Shown in pieces: positions 55,780 through 64,000 of a DNA stretch of 64,000 nucleotides; position 1 is the first letter of the stretch, and the number at the start of each line of letters is the position of its first letter. The stretch comes from Antechinus flavipes (taxonomy: Eukaryota): assembly GCF_016432865.1 (NCBI RefSeq), contig NC_067400.1, positions 629,424,001 through 629,488,000 of the forward strand, written 5' to 3'. Both the position numbers and the translations under genes were made by a program. The notes beneath the pieces are model-generated. The model did not search any database. It was not told where the DNA came from and saw only the letters and a list, made by a program, of their open reading frames with translations.

Positions 55780-57432
55780 TTCCCTATTAGCCATATTGTG
55801 GAAAAACCTCAAAGCAAAAAGCTATCAATATTCTATATTAAAATATATATTATATAGAATTAAAACATATATTGAAAATTATAATAAAGTTATGGGAACG
55901 ACCTGCTAGTGGCTGCTTGGGGATATCAGCCATGTTGTGGAAAACCCCAAAGCAAAAAGTTACTGATATTATGTATCAATATATATTATACATAACTAAC
56001 ACATATATGAAAAATAATGTTACGGGAACCACCTGCTAGTGGCTGCTGGGGATATGAGCCACATTGTAGAAAATCCCTAAAGCAAAAAGTTAATATTATG
56101 TAACTATATATTAAGTAATGTTTTTTTGGCGTTTTCTTGAGGTCTCTGGGTAGTCTTTCAGCAGAGAAAGCACCACAAGAATAACCAGAGGTTCAAGTCC
56201 AAAAGTGTCTGTCTCCTTCACCTGGTGCTCGTGGCCTTCAGAGGGGATGTAGTTTCAGTGGAGAAAATGCAGGAGGACGGGCCAGCATGGCGGTGGGAGA
56301 TGAAGTGGGTCTGGTCCCCGGCTTGTGCTTCAGCTTCCAGCCACCACGAACGTGGACGATGGAATGAATCTGTCTCTGCCTCCTTTGGCTGAGTTTGTCT
56401 CAGCTTATATTCTCCAGCATATGAGTATGAACCAATCATGTCACTAGGAAACCATTATTTGTTGTAAGATTAAATCAATCATACCGAACTTAGAGAACTA
56501 TTAATGACCGTGCTAAACCACACAACCATTGTCTCATCAATTCCACTCAATTAGCACCTTGTAAGAATCCTTGTTTCCACTTCAGAGTTCTGGCCCATAG
56601 CAATATTATACATAACTGACTCATATATTAATAATAAATGTTTTGGGAACCACCTGCTAATGGCTGTTGGGGTTATCAGCCATGTTGTGGACAACCCCAA
56701 AGCAAAAAGTTATTATGTATCAATATATATTATACATAATTAACACATATATTAAAAATAATAAATGTTACTGAAATCACGTGCTAGGGGCTGCTGGGGA
56801 TTATTAGCCACGTTGTGGAAAAAACCCCAAACAAAAAGTAATTATTATATATTAAAATATGTGTTATATATAATTAACACATATATTAAGAATAAAGTTA
56901 TGGGAACCACTTGCTAGTGGCTGCTGGGGATATCAGCCATGTTGTGGAAAACTCCAAAGCAAAAAGTTATTATGTATCAATATATATTGTACATAATTAA
57001 CACATATATTAAAAATAAATGTTACAGGAACCACGTGCTAGTGGCTGCTGGGGATATTAACCACATTGTGAAAAAAACTCCAAACAAAAATTATTATATA
57101 TTAAAATATATGTTATATATAATTAACACATATATTAAAAATAATAAATGTTACAGGAACCACGTGCTAGTGGCTGCTGGGGATATTAACCACATTGTGA
57201 AAAAAACCCCAAACAAAAATTATTATATATTAAAATATATGTTATATATAATTAACACATATATTAAAAATAAAGTTATGGGAACGACTTGCTAGTGGCT
57301 GCTGGGGATATCAGCCATGTTGTGGCAAACTCCAAAGCAAAAAGTTATTGATAATATGTATCAATATATATTATACATAACTAACACATATACTAAAAAA
57401 AAAAATGTTACGGGAACCACCTGCTAGTGATT
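55780..57432. repeat. About 125-130 bp satellite, about 9 units, interrupted by a solo LTR
   Basis: Unit gggaaccacctgctagtggctgctggggatatcagccatgttgtggaaaaccccaaagcaaaaagtt plus an AT-rich spacer. Confidence 0.92.
56114..56602 (-). mobile_element. Solo ERV LTR with 6-bp TSD (ATATTA)
   Basis: TSD at 56108-56113 and 56603-56608. Shares tcactaggaaaccattatttgttgta and the terminal block with the LTR at 60148. Confidence 0.8.
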
Positions 57433-59183
57433 GCTAGGAATCTAGTTCTGATCAGCAGGAGGGATCCCTTTTATGTGAGAGGATGATAATGATACAAGGA
57501 GACTGGGGGGCAGGAATAGGCTCTGGACTCCCTCTTCTGGCCTCCCATTTATTCCATTCCCAATTCACAAGCAACATCTGGTCAGGAAAGGCTGATTTGC
57601 AATTCAGGGGTGTTGGCATTCACAGCTGGGGGGGCCTTGGGAGAACCGATGGCCCCTTAATGGAGCAGGCCTTTTAACCCTTTACAGGCTTTCTGGGTTT
57701 CGCACTTGGGAGAGTGATCCTTAAGAGTGAAAGTCTGCTTCAGTCTGCCTTGGAGCCCATGAGGCACAAGAGTCTTGGGAAATATCCATTGCGTTGCTAA
57801 GAGCTAAGTGACCGGTAACTGGGACTGTCCAGTGACCGCTGGTTCTGTTCCCTTGCTGCTGTCTAGTGGGACAACTCCTGAGCCCACAGTGGTGGTGGGG
57901 TGCTCTTGGCAGATGCTGGAGGGGGTTGGCTATTTTCAGCTCAGTTTATAGGTGAGGAAACTGGAGCAAACCCAGTTAGGAGTTGGCCAGGGTCCCGCCC
58001 AGCTTAGGAAGTGACCCGAAAAGAGGAGTCTTGGCGATCCCAGTCCCCAACTCACTCTGTGCACTGCCCCCAGCAGCCACCTCCTCAGGCTTCTCTGAGC
58101 ACATGCTCCCCAGCATTTCTTATGACACAATCATGTGCCACAACCTACTCTGCTGATTGACACTCGTCCCTTCAGTTTTCAATTCTTTGCCACCACAGAG
58201 CAACTTGCTAGAACTCCTTCCGTACCTTCCTCGGGCCTTTTCCTTTTCTTTGGGTTAGGGATGTAGGAACAGTATCCCTGAGTCTTAGGACCCATAGACT
58301 TATTTCCAAAGTGCTCTCCAGAATGTTGGTGATATATAAAAATGCTGAGGATTTATATGGGTTTATTTTGTATCCTGCAACTTTGCTAAAGATGTGGATT
58401 ATTTCTAATAGCTTTTTAGTAGACTCTCTGGAGTTCTCTAAGTATACCATCATATCATCTGCAAAGTGATAATCTGGTTTCCTCATTACTTAAATTACTT
58501 TAATCTCTTTCCCTTTTATTGCCAAAGCTAGCAATTTCTAATACAATATTGAATAGTAATGATGATAGTGGACAACCTTGTTTCACTCCTGATTTTATTG
58601 GGAATGGTTCTAGTTTGTCCCCTTTACATATGATGCTTACTGATGGGTTTAAATAGATGCTACTCACTATTTTAAGAAAAAGTCCATTTATTCCTATACA
58701 CTCTAGTGTTTTTAATAGGAATTAGTGTTGGATTTTATCAAATGCTTTTTCTGCATCTATTGAGATGATCATATGATTTTTGTAGTTTGGTTACTGATAT
58801 AATCAATTATGCTCATATTTTCCTAATATTGAACCAGCCCTGCATTCCTGGTATAAATCCTACCTGGCCATGGTGTATTATCCTGGGGATGATTTTCTGT
58901 AATCTTTTTGCTAGTATTTAAGATTTTAGCATCAATGTTCATTAGGCAGATTGGTCTATAATTTTCTTTCTCTGTTTTCATCCTACCTGGTTTTAGGTAT
59001 CAGTACCATGTCTGTGTCATAAAAGGAATTTGGTAGGACTCCTTCAATTCCTGTTTTTTCAAATAGTTTATATAGCAATGGAATTAATTGTTCAAATAAT
59101 TTATATAGCAATGGAATTAATTGTTCTTTAAAAGTTTGGTAGAATTCACATGTAAATCCATCTGGTCCTGGGGATTTTTTCTT

Positions 59184-59904
59184 TTTTCTTTTTTTTTTCT
59201 TTTTAAGAATACCCCATATATATAGATTTATAGATTTTTATTTACAAGATATATGCATCGGAAATTTTTCAGCATTGACAGTTGCAAATCCTTTTGTTTC
59301 AACTTTTCCCCTCCTTCCCCCCACCCCTGTCCCCCAGATGGCAGGTTGAGCAATACATGTTAAACATGTTAAAGTATAAGTTAAATAAAATATATGTATA
59401 CATGTCCAAACAGTTATTTTGCTGTACAAAAAGAATCGGACTCTGAAAATAGTGTACAATTAGCCTGTGAAGGAAATAAAAAATGTAGATGGACAAAAAT
59501 AGAAGGACTGGGAATTCTATGTAGTGGTTCATAGTCATCTCCCAGAGTTCTTTCCCTCGGTATAGCTGGTTCAGTTCATTACTGCTCTATTGGACCTGAT
59601 TTGGTTTATCTTCATTGTTGAAAAGGGCCACATCCATCAGAATTGATCATCATATAGTATTATTGTTGAAGGTGTATAATCTCCTGGTCCTGCTCATTTC
59701 ACTCAGTATCAGTGCATGTAAGTCTCTCCAGGCCTCTCTAAAATCATCCTCCTGATCATTTCTTACAGAACAATAATATTCCATAATATTCGTATACCAC
59801 AATTTATTCAGCCATTCTCCAATCGATGGGCATCCACTCAGTTTCCAGTTTCTGGCCACTACAAAGAGGGCTGCCACAAACATTCTTGCACATACAGGCC
59901 CCTT
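59184..59904 (-). mobile_element. Younger 5'-truncated L1 nested in the older L1, with a 16-bp TSD
   Basis: TSD ctggggattttttctt at 59168-59183 and 59905-59920; poly-T tail; ORF2 end [16 protein letters not shown]. Confidence 0.9.
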
Positions 59905-60147
59905 CTGGGGATTTTTTCTTAGGGAGTTAATAGCTTGTTCTATTTCTTTTTCTAAGATGGGACTGTTTAACAAATTTACTTCTTCCTCTGTTAATCTGGG
60001 CAAGCTATATTTTTGTAGGTAATCCTCAATTTCATTTAAGTTATCAAATTTATTGTCACAAAATTGGGCAAAGTAATTCCTAATTATTGCTCTAATTTCC
60101 TCTTCATTAGTGGCAAGTTCTGCCTTTTCATTTTTAAGACTAACAAT

Positions 60148-60663
60148 TGTAATGTTCTCTTCTCTAAATTATAATCGTTCTCTGCGAGCAGGTTTCTTGG
60201 GGAGCTTCTGGAGGCAGCCTTAGTTTCAGTTCTGTTTAATAATCACCTCAAATGCAGCCAGCTATTAAAGTCCAGGTACTTTATTTTCTCTTTCCTTCTC
60301 ACGGGGCTTGGCTAGCTTTCTGGAGGCCTTCCGAATCTTGGTTTTAGTATTCTCCACAGGACAGCCTGCCACTTCTTCTGTCTTCCTTCGTTCAGCCCAA
60401 CTGAATCCTGGCTTCTCAATCTCCCAGAGTGTTCTTTGGCCCTGAGAGTGTCTTGCTTATATGCTGCACATTGAGTATACTCCAATCATTAATTATATCA
60501 CTAGGAAACCATTATTTGTTGTAGGGTTAAATCAATGCTAAATTAGATTTAACTATTGTCTCCTCAATTCCATTTAGTACCTTATTTCAAGTTCTGGTCC
60601 ATAACATCTCCTTATAGCATCAGATCAATTCTACTGTCTTAGTACCTTGTAAGAATCATAACA
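60148..60663 (-). mobile_element. Solo ERV LTR (516 bp) with 6-bp TSD (AACAAT) inserted in L1 ORF2
   Basis: TGT...ACA termini; TSD at 60142-60147 and 60664-60669; the L1 reads through when the LTR is removed. Confidence 0.88.
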
Positions 60664-63600
60664 AACAATTTGATTTTCCTCTTTCCTTTTCTAATCAAAT
60701 TTATCAAGGGTTTATCTATTTTGTTGGTTTTTTCATAGAACCAACTCTTAGTTTTATTTACTAATTCAATAGTTTTTTTTTTTAACTTTCAATCTCTCCT
60801 TTTAATTAATCTCTCCTTTTGTTTTTAGAATTTCAAGGTTATTGTTTGACTGGGGGTTTTTAATTTGCTCTTTTTCTAGCTTTTTTAGTTGCAAGCCTAA
60901 TTCATTGATTTTCTCTTTCTCTATTTTATGCAACTAGGCCTCTAGAGATAGAAAATGTCCCCTTATTACTGCTTTGGCTGCATCCCACACATTTTGGTAT
61001 GACGTCTTATATTATTGTCATTCTCTTAGGTGAAATTATTGTCTATGATTTGCTGTTTCACCCAATCATTCTTTTGGATGAGATTATTTAGTTTCCGATT
61101 ACTTTTTAGTCTATTTTCCCCTGGCTTTTTATTGAATGTAATTTTTATTGTATCATGATCTGAAAAGGATGAATTTATTATTTCTGCCTTTCTGCATTTG
61201 AATTTGAGGTCTTTATGTCCTAATATATGGTCAATTTTTGTATAGGTTCCATGAACTGCTGAGAAGAAAGTGTACTAAATTCTGTCACCATTTAGTTTTC
61301 TCCAAAGATCTATCATACTTAACTTTTCGGCGTTCTATTTACCTCTTTAATTTCTTTCTTAGTTATTTTGTGGTTTGATTTATCAAGCGTTCTATTTACC
61401 TCTTTAATTTCTTTCTTAGTTACTTTGTGGTTTGATTTATCTAGTTCTGAGAGTGCAAGGTTGAGATCTCCCAGTATTATAGTTTTGCTATCTATTTCTT
61501 TTTGAAGCTCTCTTAACTTGTCTTTTAAGAATTTAGATGCTACACCACTTGGTGCATAAATGTTTAATATTGATATTGCTTCATTATCTATGCTACCCTT
61601 TAGCAAGATATAGTGCCCTTCCTTATCTCTTTTAATAAGATCAACTTTTGCTTTTACTTGATCTGAGATCAGGATGGCTACTCCTGCTTCAAGTGTGCTT
61701 TGTAAACAACACATTGTAGGATTCTGACTTTTAAATCCAGTCTGCTTCATGGGGGAGTTTACCCCATTCACATTTATGGTTAAAATTACTAATTCTGTAT
61801 TTCCTGCCATCTTGTTAACCCCAGATTATGCTTTTCTCTTTCCTCTCCCCCCTTACCCCTCTTCCCAGTATTAAATTTGTGAGCACCATTTGCCTTATGA
61901 AGCCCTCCCTCTTAGGATGCCTCCTCTTCCTTAGAGTCCCTCCCCTTTCCTTAATTCTTTTCCTTTCGATTTCTATATTCCCTTCTATTTAGCTTACTCC
62001 TTCCCTTTTTGTTTTCCCCCTTCCACTTTTCAATAAGGTAGGAGAAATTTCTCTGTAAATCAAATGTGTCTAACATTTTCTCTTTGAGCCAATTCTTATG
62101 ACAATAAGATTCACATCCCCCTCCCTTCTTATCCTCATATATAATAGGTTTCCTTGCCTCTTTGTGAGATGTAGTACCTTCACTTTCCCTTTTTTCAGGT
62201 ACAATTTCCTTTCCACTTTTCTTTTCGGCATTCTATTTTTTATAGCTTCTTTTTTATATTATAACAGTAAAAGCAATTATACATGTACTCTTTATATATA
62301 CTCAAAACAGAAATATAGTTCCCAAGATTGCTTTTTACCTTTTTATGTTTCTCTTGAGTCCTATGTTTGGAGGTCAAACTTTTTGTTTAGTTCCTGTTTT
62401 TTCATCAGAAATAGATGGAATTCACCTATTATATTCAATGTCCATTTTCTTCTCTGGAAGAAAATGTTCATTTTGGCTGGGTAAGTTATTCTTGGCTGCA
62501 TACCAACTTCCTTAGCCTTTGGGAATATCAGATTCCAGGCCCTTTGGTCCTTTAATGTGGACACTGCTAGATCCTGAGTAATCCTCATTGTGGCTCCTCT
62601 CTATTCGAATTGTTTTTTTTTTCCTAGCTGCTTGTAGTATTTTTTCCTTGGTCTGATAGTTCTGGAATTTAGCCACAATATTTCTTGGAGTTTTGATTTT
62701 GGGATCTCTTTCAGTAGGTGATCGATGAATTTTTTCAATGCCTATTTTACTCTATGTTTCTATAACATCGGGCAGTTCTCTTTGATGATTTCCTTAAAAA
62801 TAGTGTCTATGCTCTTTTTTTCATCATAATTTTCAGGAAGTCCAATAATCCTCAGATTATCTCTCCTAGATCTATTTTCCAGGTCTGTTGTTTTCCCAGG
62901 TAAGTGTTTAACATTTTTTCTATTTTTTTTTTTTTTTTTTTGGTTTTGCTTTACTGATTCTTGGTGTCTCCTTGAGTCATTCATTTCCATTTGTTCGATT
63001 CTGATTTTTAAGGAATTCTTAATTTAATTTTAAAATTTCTTTTTGTAATTGTCCAATTGAGGTTTTAAATGAGCTGTTTTGTTCTATGGAATTTTTTTCC
63101 ATTTCACCAATTTTATTTTTTAGGGAACTATTTTCTTTCCCCAAATCATTAATTCTATTTTTCAGGGAGTTGATTTCTTTATCTACTCTATCTTTTAATG
63201 AATAACATGACTTATTCATATCCTCTTGCAAAGCTTCCCTTTCCTTTCCCCATTTTTCTTCTAGCTCTTTTTAAAAGAGCCTTTTAAATTTCTTCTTTAA
63301 GCCTATCTATAGTTAGATCCCGCTTTGCCTCTTTACTGATTTTGAGAAAACAACAACAACCACAACAACAACAACTGCAGTCTACTTTGGGGAGAGTGTG
63401 GTGTTACCAAGCTTCCTCAATAGACAATAGGAAGTAGCAGTGGGGCAGCAATGGCTGTGCTGGGAGCAGCATCTGCATTGGGATCAGTGTCTAAGCTGCG
63501 ATCAGTGTCTAAGCTGCGCTCAGTGGTTGTGTGCTGAGATCGTGCTGAATCCCTTCAAGTGCTGGGTGCGTGTGGGGTAGGTCTCAAGAGACTTTAGCGT

Positions 63601-64000
63601 TTTGGGGTCACAGTCTTTACCCTTTGTGTTTATAGCCTCTCTGCTGATCCACTGGTTTGCTGCCAGAGCAGAGCAGAGCAGCTGACACTGTGGTAAATTT
63701 CTCCCCCAAAATTTTCCACTGGCAAAGACCCCCCCACCCCCACCTCCCTCCAGAGTCTGTTCAGCGTGAGCTGCTTCCTGTGCTCTCATTGCTAAGTTGC
63801 CTGAAGCTGTGCCTGATCTAACCATCCCTTTTCTGGTGAATTTCAAGATTATCTTCTGTTGGTAATGTGTTGCACTCCCAATACTCCCGGGTTTTGATAG
63901 TCAAGCACTAATTCCGAGGCTGTTCCATTAAAAAGTAGTCTCAGGGTGAGGGAGAATTTAGACAAATGTGTGTGTCCCCTCCTCCATCTAGGCTCTGCCA

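Larger units (their letters stand above)
58311..63300 (-). mobile_element. Long degraded L1 (ORF1, ORF2 endonuclease, RT); 5' UTR-like sequence continues to about 63900
   Basis: ORF1 TTDLENRSRRDNLRIIGLPE and QPRITYPAKM; endonuclease ILNIYAP and GDLN; [13 protein letters not shown]; 57-bp in-frame tandem duplication at about 61331-61444. Confidence 0.92.

Noticed and set aside
56939-57295. 118-aa ORF with an internal repeat
   Set aside because: Translation of the AT-rich satellite units.
55780-57432. CRISPR-like repeat-spacer appearance (also at 32063-32800)
   Set aside because: Vertebrate context, homologous spacers and no cas genes.

Overview
GC-rich vertebrate genomic window, most likely from a dasyurid marsupial (inferred from WSINE1-type SINEs and the L1 3' UTR type). 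Four genes lie in tandem on the + strand: the last coding exon of CCDC106, a complete 12-exon U2AF2, a complete and very compact EPN1 (10 coding exons), and an intact NLRP gene (NACHT exon, 7 internal LRR exons and a terminal exon). This matches the human 19q13.42 order CCDC106-U2AF2-EPN1-NLRP cluster. The NLRP resembles the reproduction-related NLRP5/NLRP14 group but appears to lack a pyrin domain: its N-terminus can be built from short phase-1 exons behind a CpG-island promoter. The remainder is L1, L2, RTE and SINE fragments, ERV LTRs (including a six-fold tandem U5-PBS array), several minisatellites/satellites and a 158-N assembly gap. The most interesting items are the PYD-less NLRP, a candidate poison/alternative exon in U2AF2 intron 5, and a long-range RNA stem in U2AF2 intron 7. 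All calls were made by reading the sequence; comparisons to human genes are from memory and no searches were run.
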